Assembly: GCF_001194135.2 (NCBI RefSeq)
Contig: NC_068982.1
Span: 147,881,740-147,938,644, forward strand
Direction of reading: 5' to 3'
Length of the DNA stretch: 56,905 nt
DNA from: Octopus bimaculoides
Taxonomy: Eukaryota
Shown here in pieces: positions 38,851-50,149 of this stretch (the first letter of the stretch is position 1; each line of letters begins with the position of its first letter). The notes below the pieces were generated by a model, which saw nothing but the letters and a program-made list of their open reading frames with translations, was not told the origin of the DNA and did not search any database. The translations under genes were made by a program, and so were the position numbers.

Positions 38851-38881
<31 letters not shown>

Positions 38882-39379
38882 NNNNNNNNNNNNNNNNNNN
38901 NNNNNNNNNNNNNNNNNNNNNNNNNNNNNNNNNNNNNNNNNNNNNNNNNNNNNNNNNNNNNNNNNNNNNNNNNNNNNNNNNNNNNNNNNNNNNNNNNNNN
39001 NNNNNNNNNNNNNNNNNNNNNNNNNNNNNNNNNNNNNNNNNNNNNNNNNNNNNNNNNNNNNNNNNNNNNNNNNNNNNNNNNNNNNNNNNNNNNNNNNNNN
39101 NNNNNNNNNNNNNNNNNNNNNNNNNNNNNNNNNNNNNNNNNNNNNNNNNNNNNNNNNNNNNNNNNNNNNNNNNNNNNNNNNNNNNNNNNNNNNNNNNNNN
39201 NNNNNNNNNNNNNNNNNNNNNNATATATAGCTATCTGTACGTTGTATGCATTGGCGATATTGAAGCCACAGGTGCTAACTACTCTTTAGAATATATACAA
39301 AACTTACATCATTTCCTGAATTGGACAAATATGAATATTATAGCTGAAAGTGAGATTGTCACAGTCCAGAATAAGGGGA

Positions 39380-39720
39380 CATTACTACATCAGTTCCCAG
39401 TACAAGGGATTCTTTAGTGTTTAGTGCACTTCCAAAGAATTTAGAAGACTGACACGCCGTGGATGATTCTTTAGTTTATTGTAGCCATCACAGTTAAGAT
39501 CAAGTTGAAATGCCGGCATCATATATATGGATATTACAATTTGGAAGATGAACAAATGAAACGCAGAATAGGGCTGCCGCTTCAAAATGCCTCCCTTAAT
39601 CATAAGCTAGCATATAACTAACTACCGACGATAGCCATACAAACAATAAAGTCCCAGATTTGCTGCAGACAGAGACATGGTTGAATTGAAATCAGAAGAT
39701 TACAAGAAATAATGTAGTAT
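39380..39720 (+). pseudogene. CR1-type LINE 3' end, degenerate
   Basis: FSALPKNLEDxHAVD and ...RIGxAASKCLL resemble the CR1 tail FNxLPKxLRDLHGVD...RAAASNSL. Confidence 0.5.
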
Positions 39721-40098
39721 AGAAAGGTACTCGTCCACCTACTTTGTAGGTGAACCAACAGTCCTTTAAATCGGCTTTATTCTTTTCACTGAATATTGAA
39801 AGCTAAAATCGATATTAGTAGGATTTAATATCAAGAAGTAAACGAACGTGACTTCAATATCTTCCGTTGGGAATTTTGTTCGCCGTTCAGCTGACTCTGC
39901 CATTCAGTCGTGCTCAGTTGAACAACTGAGTTTTGAAATAGGCTCAGATCCTCAAATTTAGGGATCTGGAATAGTTTATTATATTGACCTCAAATGCCAT
40001 GAATGACAAATAAAACAAAAATGTAATAAAAACACAATTCAGAGAAATAAACATTAAAAGCAAATTATGAGCAAATTTATAAATAGTGAAATTCTAAC

Positions 40099-40415
40099 CT
40101 CCTCAATATCCATTTTTATTGCCCTGTCCGGTGTTAAGAATGAATCGAAACTTGATCCGACAGCGTAGTTGGCCACACTGACGTCACAAGAGGGCTTTTC
40201 TAGTCCTCTTTCCTCTTTGATTTCTGTCTTTTCTGTCCCCACCGCCACCAATGGGACATCAACCGTCGTCGCCGTCGTCGCCACCGCCACCGCCGCCGCC
40301 GCAGCCGTTGCTACTGCTGATGTTGCTGCCGGTGCCGCTGCCGGAGTCGTTCCCACTTCTGCTAGCTTTGTAGCAGTGAAGGCGGCAGCTTCGATGTGGT
40401 TAGTAGCAATGGTGG
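40099..40415 (-). CDS. Candidate internal host exon (317 bp, phase 1 to 0), unknown Ala/Thr-rich protein
   Basis: Acceptor tctttctctgtgttcactaattcag|, donor GAG|gttag; open frame TIATNHIEAAAF...KTEIKEERGLEKPSCDVSVANYAVGSSFDSFLTPDRAIKMDIEE; GC above background. Confidence 0.4.
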
Positions 40416-41040
40416 CTGAATTAGTGAACACAGAGAAAGACTGTTTGTTATTGTCGCTAGTGGTGGTGGTGGTGGAGTGATAGGGGTTGTGGTGGTAGTG
40501 GTGTTAGTGATTGTAGCTGTGGTGATAGTTTTGTATGTAGAGGTAGTGTAGATAATAGTGTAAGTGATGTTAGAAGGCTTTGACGGCGGTAGTAGTGTTG
40601 GTAGTGGTGGTGATAGTAGTGGTGGTAACAGTGGTAGCGGAGGTAATGAGAGTGTCGGGGCTGGAAGTAGTGATAGTGTTGGTTGTAGTGGTAGTGATGG
40701 TGGTGATAATGGTGTTAGAGTTTGTGTTGGTGTGATAGTAATAGAGTTGTAAGCAGTTGGTTAATAGTGTTGGTGGGAACAGTCGCACTTGCGTCGGTCG
40801 TAGCGCTGGTTATAATGGTGGCAGTGGAGGCAGTGGTGGTAGTGGCGGTAGTGACGGTTGCAGTAGTAGTGGTGGTGGTACTGGTGGCGTTGATGATTGA
40901 CAGCTTATTAATACCACTAGTAATGGCCGTTGTTTAATTGAAAGACCTGAAAAGAAGCGAAAAATATATTTAAAAATATATATACATATATAAACAAAAC
41001 GTTAAAAGTTTAAAAGTTTACTCATGAAAGTTAACCAATA

Positions 41041-41226
41041 TAGGCGTAGGAGTGGCTGTGTGGTAAGTAGCTTGCTTACCAACCACATGGTTCCGGGTTC
41101 AGTCCCACTGCGTGGCATCTTGGGCGAGTGTCTTCTACTATAGCCTCGGGCCGACCAAAGCCTTGTGAGTGGATTTAGTAAGCGGAAACTGAAAGAAGCC
41201 CGTCGTATATATATATATATATATAT
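41041..41226 (+). mobile_element. CORE-like tRNA-SINE 5' half running into (TA)n and a gap
   Basis: ggcgtaggagtggctgtgtggtaag A-box; gggttcagtccc B-box; ggcatcttgggcgagtgtcttct CORE-like; gaagcccgtcg(TA)n. Confidence 0.88.
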
Positions 41227-41844
41227 NNNNNNNNNNNNNNNNNNNNNNNNNNNNNNNNNNNNNNNNNNNNNNNNNNNNNNNNNNNNNNNNNNNNNNNNNN
41301 NNNNNNNNNNNNNNNNNNNNNNNNNNNNNNNNNNNNNNNNNNNNNNNNNNNNNNNNNNNNNNNNNNNNNNNNNNNNNNNNNNNNNNNNNNNNNNNNNNNN
41401 NNNNNNNNNNNNNNNNNNNNNNNNNNNNNNNNNNNNNNNNNNNNNNNNNNNNNNNNNNNNNNNNNNNNNNNNNNNNNNNNNNNNNNNNNNNNNNNNNNNN
41501 NNNNNNNNNNNNNNNNNNNNNNNNNNNNNNNNNNNNNNNNNNNNNNNNNNNNNNNNNNNNNNNNNNNNNNNNNNNNNNNNNNNNNNNNNNNNNNNNNNNN
41601 NNNNNNNNNNNNNNNNNNNNNNNNNNNNNNNNNNNNNNNNNNNNNNNNNNNNNNNNNNNNNNNNNNNNNNNNNNNNNNNNNNNNNNNNNNNNNNNNNNNN
41701 NNNNNNNNNNNNNNNNNNNNNTATCCAGTAGAAGTATTATACGTATTTCCAGGTTTGTGCTTGGGCATCTGTCGTGTGTGAAAATATAGAAATTAAAAAA
41801 TAAATGTCCGACCGTACCTCTTCTTGTTCAGTCCAATTTTATAT

Positions 41845-42195
41845 ATGTAAGTATGTATGTATGTATGTATGTCTCCTATTTTTAATTATTATATATCTTC
41901 CACTGAGGAGGGAGCTGGTTTCCAACAAAGATACAAGGCTCTGTCTTCGGGATGTAGTTAACACAGACAAATTCACATTTGGAACCTGAGAAAAGTTTTG
42001 CATATTTTTACTGTTCCACTCACAGATTTCACTTGTAATGTACAAATTAGTCAGTCGATTTCTCTTTCTGAAAATCCCAGTTTATCCTGAATCTCCTTTA
42101 AGCATTTACTAACAAAACTGAGTGCTCCAATTATTATTGGTATGAATATGAATTCATAGTCTGGATTATTATTGGTATGATTATGAATTCATAGT
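41845..42195 (-). pseudogene. R4 subfamily A 3' end (ORF end, 3' UTR, CATA tail)
   Basis: PDYEFIFIPIIIGALSFVSKC...GTVKICKTFLRF; UTR matches 38745-38850; tail gagacatacatacatacatac. Confidence 0.88.
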
Positions 42196-42560
42196 TTGTA
42201 TGTGTGTCATTCTTCAGTTTTATTTCAAGATTTTTTGCCAACAGAGAAAGAACCGGTTTCTAACCCAGATCCAAGACTCCTTCATAGGAATTTCAACATC
42301 AATAACAGAGTATTTTTCTTTGTATGTATGTATGCATGTATGTGCAGATTTGTATGTTTTGTGTATGTATTCACATGCTTATAGTGGCATATATAGACAT
42401 GTTCATGTATATGTTTAAATGTTAAACTTCTGGAAAGTTTTACAGATTTTACAGTAGTCTTCGAATTAGCTTTCTCCTTTATGGTTTTGAGAAGCCTAAT
42501 TTCTCAAGATTGGTATTTAGGCAATGTGTTACATATCCCAGGGTCACAATAGTTACAGGT
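42196..42560 (-). pseudogene. R4 subfamily B 3' end (ORF end, 3' UTR with internal CATA tract)
   Basis: IPVTIVTLGYVTHCLNTNLEKLGFS...RKLIRRL..TVKICKTFQKFNI*; terminal UTR matches 17737-17850 and 51560-51665. Confidence 0.85.
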
Positions 42561-43054
42561 ATATATATATATATATATATATATATNNNNNNNNNNNNNN
42601 NNNNNNNNNNNNNNNNNNNNNNNNNNNNNNNNNNNNNNNNNNNNNNNNNNNNNNNNNNNNNNNNNNNNNNNNNNNNNNNNNNNNNNNNNNNNNNNNNNNN
42701 NNNNNNNNNNNNNNNNNNNNNNNNNNNNNNNNNNNNNNNNNNNNNNNNNNNNNNNNNNNNNNNNNNNNNNNNNNNNNNNNNNNNNNNNNNNNNNNNNNNN
42801 NNNNNNNNNNNNNNNNNNNNNNNNNNNNNNNNNNNNNNNNNNNNNNNNNNNNNNNNNNNNNNNNNNNNNNNNNNNNNNNNNNNNNNNNNNNNNNNNNNNN
42901 NNNNNNNNNNNNNNNNNNNNNNNNNNNNNNNNNNNNNNNNNNNNNNNNNNNNNNNNNNNNNNNNNNNNNNNNNNNNNNNNNNNNNNNNNNNNNNNNNNNN
43001 NNNNNNNNNNNNNNNNNNNNNNNNNNNNNNNNNATATATATATATATATATATA

Positions 43055-43406
43055 CTCTTTTACTTGTTCCAGTCATTTGACTGCGGCCATGCTGGAGCAC
43101 CGCCTTTATAGTCGAGCAAATCGACTCCAGTGCTTATTCTTTGTAAGCCTATTACTATTGTTTTCTTTTTTGTCGAACGGCTAAGTTACGAGGACGTAAA
43201 CACACCAGCGTTGGTTGTCAAGCGATGCTGAGAGGACAAACAGACACACAAACATATATACACACATACACACATATACGTATATACATATACGACGGGC
43301 TTCTTCCAGTTTCCGTCTCCCAAATATACTCACAGGGCTTTGGTCGGCTCGAGGCTATAGTAGAAGACACTTACCCAAGGTGCCACGCAGTGGGACTGAA
43401 ACCGGT
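43055..43406 (-). mobile_element. CORE-like SINE, nearly complete (head truncated)
   Basis: 3' tail, short internal CA/TA tract (43235-43292) and CORE body are contiguous. Confidence 0.88.
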
Positions 43407-43411
43407 ATATA

Positions 43412-43601
43412 TTCTTTTATTCTTTTATTTGTTTCAGTCATTTGACTGCGGCCATGCTGGAGCACCGCCTTTAGTCGACCAAATCGACCCTAGGAGTCAT
43501 TCTTTTTCTTTGTAATCCTAGTACTTATTCTATCGGCCTCCTTTGCCGAACCGCTAAGTTACAGAGACGTAAACACACCAACATCGGTTGTCAAGCGATG
43601 G
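43412..43601 (-). mobile_element. CORE-like SINE 3' half, second copy
   Basis: tttgtttcagtcatttgactgcggccatgctggagcacc...ggttgtcaagcgatgg. Confidence 0.85.
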
Positions 43602-45018
43602 TACGTGAATGCGTTCCCGCACACGCGCGTTTATCGCCATTTTAACGTGGGTGCTTCCTAAAAGATGACGATACTGCTGTTTTAACCCCGGGAAGACATC
43701 CCCTTTAGCTAGTTTATTCAGTGTGCTTTTTCTCTCGATAATATGCATATTTAATATCTCTCTACATGCATCTGTGTGTGTGTGAGTTTATATGTCCATG
43801 TACGTATATCAGAATCCGGTGTACAAAAGCAACTCTAATATATTATGTACATTTTAAAATGCATAGTGTAAAACGCGATGCAGTGCATCCAAGTTAATTA
43901 ATCTACATTATCATCGCATATACGTTTAGGCAAATCACTTAGACCAGATGAGCTGAGTTCTCCGTAGATGCTAAAAATGACTACAAGGTGGTCATCTATT
44001 CATGGACAGAGGTTAACTAGACTTTCTCTCACGAAGGTCAAATCGATCTCACATTTTCTGTCTACGGAGAGATAAACACCATGATGTAACCTCTTAGTTT
44101 ACTTCACACAGCGATGCTAAAATTGTATGTTTATTAAAAAAAAGGTATACCTTACATTTCAATTTATCCAAAAACGCTGCGTTTTCTACTATGATTTAAG
44201 TAGGTAACTATATATTAAAACCCGTAGCACGGCTTCACACAGGTATTTATTATTTATTTTCCATTCCAATCACTACCTCTATTTACCTTCCAATGATGAT
44301 CGCTAGTATTCACTCGGATACCACCATGAAACCATAGTATTGATTTAATTATATAGCTATCCACCACACACAAACGCATACATACGCACACACGCTCACA
44401 CATACGTATACACACTCATTAATTCACACTAGCATACATATTCTGTACTCTTTCTTGCGCTCTCTCTTTCTTTTCCTCTCGCATTTACTCTTTCTCTTAA
44501 TATGCATCTGTTCGTTCGTATGTGTGTGTCTCCTTGTGTAAATGCGTGTTTACATGATCGTATATATAAGTATACATTTACAAATAAGTAAAGGTTTTGC
44601 TAGTTATCATTCTCCAATTCTCATGAACACCCATTTAAATTATTTAATACCTCAGAAAGTAATCAGAACGTATGAGGTGTGAATTCATGCTTATGTAACA
44701 CAACGTTTTAAAGTGGCTCCATCTTCCTTTACCAGGAAGTAATTATCTCCCTTTTGGTTTACCATCCTCAGAAATTCTACAGTCGCGATTTAACTAGCTT
44801 TCCGGGTAAGGAAGAATGTTAACATCAAAAATATTCTACAGTAAGACGAAAATTATTTTAAACATTAAAAATTTTATTTCGTATTTAGTATCCATTAGTT
44901 TTCCTGATTTACTGTCTCTTATATATAATGTGTATGTGTGTGTGCGTGCGTGCGTGTGTGTGTGTGTGCGTGTGTGCGTGCGTGTGTGTGTGTGTGTTTG
45001 TGTGTGTATGTACGTGTA

Positions 45019-45050
<32 letters not shown>

Positions 45051-45143
45051 CATGCTTGCGTGTGTGTTTGCGTGTAGGTGCATGCATACATATATACATA
45101 TCTGCTACATACGTACATACATATATGTATATAGGCACATATA

Positions 45144-45480
45144 CAGTAATCCCTCCACTACCGCGGGTGTTACGTTCTAAAACACACCGCCATAGGTGAA
45201 AATCCGCGAAGTAGAAACAATACTGTATATTTTTTATAATTTGTATATATTTATTCTATTATAATTGCAAAGCAACACCACACACTCGCCTCCAGAGTTT
45301 CCTTTTCCATACAGTATGTGCGATACTTTGTTTACTCATCTACGATATTCTACGAATACTCTTTTGATATATTTTAATTAATGTGTTATACAGTGCAATA
45401 CTGTACTGTATTTGTATTTAGTAATTTATTTATTAATTTTTAGGCGTTACCACAGAAATAATTAAAACCTAAAAAGCTAT
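45144..45480 (+). mobile_element. Tigger/pogo-like element, left end
   Basis: TA|CAGTAATCCCTCCACTACCGCGGGTGTTACGTTC...AATCCGCGAAGTAG; right TIR not found. Confidence 0.6.
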
Positions 45481-45599
45481 ACATATACAATTACGCGCAC
45501 TCGTGCGTCTACATCTGGAAATATACATGCACACATTGTGTTACGCTCATACCCCATGCACGCAAATTTTGCCACATGCATGTATATATGATGGACTTT

Positions 45600-45886
45600 T
45601 CCGTAGTCGACCACGTATAAGGGTTGAGCTTTTGTTGAATGACCTGTACAAATGATTTGTTTCTAGTGATCAAATGTATGCGCTGTACGCTGGCTCACGC
45701 CCACCATCAAATCAACTTTGCTTACATAGGGTCACAGTGGACCACGCGTCAGGTGTCAGAATGATGGCAAAACAGCGTGAGATGAAGTGTCTTTGTTCAA
45801 GAACACAACACACGATCCGGTCTAGGAACAGAAACCATGATATCGCAATCAAGCGTGCAACACCCCAACCACTAGGCCATGCGTCC
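45600..45886 (-). mobile_element. tRNA-CORE-like SINE, diverged
   Basis: gtgagatgaagtgtctttgttcaagaacacaacac...aaccactaggccatgcgtcc is the reverse complement of the 34224-type head. Confidence 0.65.
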
Positions 45887-45906
45887 CCTCTGTCTCTGTC
45901 TGTCTA

Positions 45907-45937
<31 letters not shown>

Positions 45938-47051
45938 TATATATATATATATATATNNNNNNNNNNNNNNNNNNNNNNNNNNNNNNNNNNNNNNNNNNNN
46001 NNNNNNNNNNNNNNNNNNNNNNNNNNNNNNNNNNNNNNNNNNNNNNNNNNNNNNNNNNNNNNNNNNNNNNNNNNNNNNNNNNNNNNNNNNNNNNNNNNNN
46101 NNNNNNNNNNNNNNNNNNNNNNNNNNNNNNNNNNNNNNNNNNNNNNNNNNNNNNNNNNNNNNNNNNNNNNNNNNNNNNNNNNNNNNNNNNNNNNNNNNNN
46201 NNNNNNNNNNNNNNNNNNNNNNNNNNNNNNNNNNNNNNNNNNNNNNNNNNNNNNNNNNNNNNNNNNNNNNNNNNNNNNNNNNNNNNNNNNNNNNNNNNNN
46301 NNNNNNNNNNNNNNNNNNNNNNNNNNNNNNNNNNNNNNNNNNNNNNNNNNNNNNNNNNNNNNNNNNNNNNNNNNNNNNNNNNNNNNNNNNNNNNNNNNNN
46401 NNNNNNNNNNNNNNNNNNNNNNNNNNNNNNNNNNNNNNNNNNNNNNNNNNNNNNNNNNNNNNNNNNNNNNNNNNNNNNNNNNNNNNNNNNNNNNNNNNNN
46501 NNNNNNNNNNNNNNNNNNNNNNNNNNNNNNNNNNNNNNNNNNNNNNNNNNNNNNNNNNNNNNNNNNNNNNNNNNNNNNNNNNNNNNNNNNNNNNNNNNNN
46601 NNNNNNNNNNNNNNNNNNNNNNNNNNNNNNNNNNNNNNNNNNNNNNNNNNNNNNNNNNNNNNNNNNNNNNNNNNNNNNNNNNNNNNNNNNNNNNNNNNNN
46701 NNNNNNNNNNNNNNNNNNNNNNNNNNNNNNNNNNNNNNNNNNNNNNNNNNNNNNNNNNNNNNNNNNNNNNNNNNNNNNNNNNNNNNNNNNNNNNNNNNNN
46801 NNNNNNNNNNNNNNNNNNNNNNNNATATATATATATATACATACATGTACACAAAGATACGTACGTACATGCAGACTTATTATACTCACACATTATTATT
46901 CATTTCTTACATTATAAAGTTATATATGTTCAAGCGTACAGGAACGCGCAAACAAACAATTACACAAGTATATACGCAAACACATAGAAGTTGCAATCAG
47001 TCATGCACAATACAAACGAATGAAAATGTATCCATTCAAAAATATATATAG

Positions 47052-47478
47052 TCGCTGGCATGGTTGTGTAGTTAAGAAACTTATATTGCAACTGCTAATT
47101 TTAGTTTCACTGCTCCTATGTGGCACCTTGACCTGGTGTCTTTTACGATAGAATCAAGCCAACTAATGTTTGTCAATGAATTTGGAGGGCAGAAATAGTA
47201 AACCCATTGTATATGTGTATGTATGTATTTGTGTGTGCGTGCGTTTGTGTGTGTGTGTGTTTGTAATGTTTTTGTGCCCATTACCGCATGACAACTGATG
47301 TTCGTTTGTTTACGTCCCCTTAACTTAGTGGTTCTGCAATAGGTAACGATAGAATAAGCACCAGACTTTAAAAAAAGACGTACTGTTGTTCTGGTATCGA
47401 TTTGCTCAACTAAACCCTTCAAGAGGTAGCTGAAAGCATGACCGTAGTTCAATGACTAAAATGAGTCAAGGATAAAAA
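47052..47478 (+). mobile_element. Old full-length CORE-like SINE with internal (TG)n
   Basis: Head, gtggcaccttg CORE-like box, (TG)n tract and the tttacgtccc...agcatgaccgtagttcaatgactaaa tail in order. Confidence 0.7.
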
Positions 47479-47524
47479 AATTACATATCAAAGAATCGAT
47501 GGTGGGAGTGGATGAGGGTATATA

Positions 47525-47966
47525 ATATATTCTTTTATACTCAAGGCACAAGGCCCGAAATTCTGGGGGAGGGGGCCAGTCGATTAGATCGACCCTCGTA
47601 CGCAACTAGTACTTAATTTATCGACCCCAAAAGGATGAACGGCAAAGTCGACCTCAGCGGAATTTGAGCTCAGAACACAAAGACAGACGAAATACTGCTA
47701 AACACTTCGCCCGGCATGCTAACGTTTCTTATTTCTTTATTGCTCTCAAGGGGCTAAACATAGAGGGGACAAACAAGGACAGACAAAGGGATTAAGTCGA
47801 TTACATCGACCCCAGTGCGCAAGCAACTGGTACTTAATTTATCGACCCCGAAAGGATGAAAGGCAAAGTCGACCTCGGCGGAATTTGAACTCAGAACGTA
47901 AAGACAGACGAAATACTGATAAGCATCTCGCCCGGTGTGCTAACGTTTCTGCCAGATCGCCGCCCT
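47525..47966 (-). mobile_element. Dimeric Nin/Deu-like SINE, two monomers with different 3' tails
   Basis: Two copies of gtacttaatttatcgacccc...ggcaaagtcgacctc...gaattt; one ends in ccttgtgcc..agtataaaag, the other in ccctttgtctgtccttgtttgtcccctctatgtttagcccc...aataaagaaataag. Confidence 0.85.
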
Positions 47967-48379
47967 AGAGTATATGAAATATTGATGGGGTTGAATATGA
48001 GCTAAAGTGTAGATGAAGACCCCGGCAAGAGTTAGACACCAAAAGTAAGTCAACGCATAAAGGTATGTATGTGCACTCACATGAGTATGTCTGTGTGCAT
48101 ATGTGTGTGTAGAGAGAGATGAAGAGAGAGAGAGGGGAAGAGCGAAAGAGATGCAATATACACACTTATATGTGTGTCACAAATTTCAGTTTCAACCAAT
48201 GTGAAATGTATGGGGAGTTGATAGCGTCTTGGTCTTCCTTTCCTTTCTAATACTCCTTTATCGATTGTTTTTGCATAGAAAGAAATGCTTTTTGGATAAG
48301 TAATACTGTGTATTTACAAATAGTTAATTTTATCTCTTAAAACTGTATCACTGGTGTAGAAAAATTCTTCTGTAATATA

Positions 48380-48910
48380 GATATGACAGAGAAATAAAGG
48401 AGAAGTCCTTTTGCTAGAATGACACAGAGAAAACAAATTGAAAAGAAAGCACTCATTGAAAAGAAATTGTCACTAGACTATTGTATGGTACAGAATATAT
48501 TTTAAAGCTGACGATGTGTGTGTTCAAGACTCGTTTAACTTTGTCAGTTAACAGCTAATTTATATATACAAGTTTTAATTTGGTAGATCTTACGTAAGTA
48601 AATTAAAACCACTATACTTCTTCAAAACACAAAAATGAAAGGATACTGGAATCAACATAATTTGGCTGAGGCTAATTAAATTCATGATTTGAAGAAGTGT
48701 TTTTACTGAAATGTCTGTACAAAATAGAGAAATGAAGTATGTAAGAGAGAGAAAAGGCAAAATGGAAACGCTATTTTGTGGTGTTAAAAACGTTATCTCG
48801 CAGAGAATAAGAATGTTTCCTGCAGTTGAAATCTCAATAGTTAAAGAATCGTTGGAAGTCCATTTCGATAAAAAACATATTACAATTAAAATTTTTAGGA
48901 AGTTTCAAGA
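48380..48910 (+). pseudogene. Penelope-like GIY-YIG region remnant, very decayed
   Basis: LDYCMVQNIF (cf. CPLDGxCxxxNVIY), NHYTSSKHKNER (cf. NHxxSFKHxxxR), LNSxR...NF. Confidence 0.4.
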
Positions 48911-49527
48911 CAAACTAATTAATTAGTGACGTATAGAGAAAACTGATGGTTTTCAATCTAGACAAAATGTATTACGATCTCAGGAAAAGTAAATAAAATG
49001 AAAATCTTTGTCATATAATTCTTCTGATGCGTAAATGAAGGTGCATTATAATATTTCTTACACAACTTCCTTCTACACACTATTAATCCTACACACAGTA
49101 CAGGGTAAAATTCTTGAAAACCCTTACATATAGCCAAACACTTCATTGCAAAAAGATGTCAGCTCTTTTTATTGTAGTAGTAAAGGTCAAAACATGACAG
49201 AGAGAGACAAACAGACAGACGCCCATACAATAAGGTTTTAGTAAAAGAGATATAAACTGCTTAATTATTCTGTTATAATAAGGAAATTAATTCTACACTA
49301 TAACCTGTTTTTAAAACAAAACAAAATGAGAGAATGTAGATTAACATAGCAATTAACGATTCCGCCGGTTAGTGACATACTAATTATAATTAAAGTATAT
49401 AATCAAAATATTATAGTACTGGTGAGTTTAATTAATACAATTCATTCCTTGTGGGTGTATAATGAAAGATCAGTGAGTTAGACACTAATCAATATACATA
49501 CATACATACACAGACGCACACACAAAT

Positions 49528-49528
49528 A

Positions 49529-49624
<96 letters not shown>

Positions 49625-49625
49625 T
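49528..49625. repeat. (TCTA)n followed by (TA)n
   Basis: Direct reading. Confidence 0.95.
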
Positions 49626-50149
49626 ATGCATATGCACACACACACATATATATATATAAATATATCTATATATATACACACATCTACATATAAATACGTG
49701 TGTGTGTGCGTAAGAAGCAAGAATACAAAGAGCTTGTTAAATGTTCTTGGCTCTCCAAGAAGTATTACTAGCGAAGTGAACAAGGTTGATTTCGTCTGAC
49801 AATGAAAACTGGTCAGCATAATCGTTTTGCTCAAGGTCTGAATTGTTGCTGCTCTTGTTTAACCCTTGATCAGCCTTGATGTTACATATATCTGACCTAA
49901 ACATATTCTACCCGTAACCATTTCGATGTCTCTCTTTTGCATTCTTTCTTATATTATTCCATGCGTCCTTTCTAAAAGCTAGCAGCATGAGATATGTAGG
50001 AGTTTTGATTGCTATCTCTAACAGGTCGTACAACTACGTAAATATTCCTTAATAGTGTTGCTTAACCCAGGTCTACTCCGATCAAGCACATCTATATTCA
50101 AAGGCATTCCAATCCTGGCCGTTCCGTTTTATTTTGAAACAGTAGTTTA

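Noticed and set aside
40430-40935. Mucin-like Thr-rich reading upstream of the candidate exon
   Set aside because: The Thr-rich register switches frame three times with stops; degenerate (ACC/ACT)n low-complexity DNA, like 5530-5760 and 53137-53340.
44205-44250. Helitron-like end (acccgtagcacgg)
   Set aside because: No terminal hairpin plus CTAG and no matching 5' TC end.
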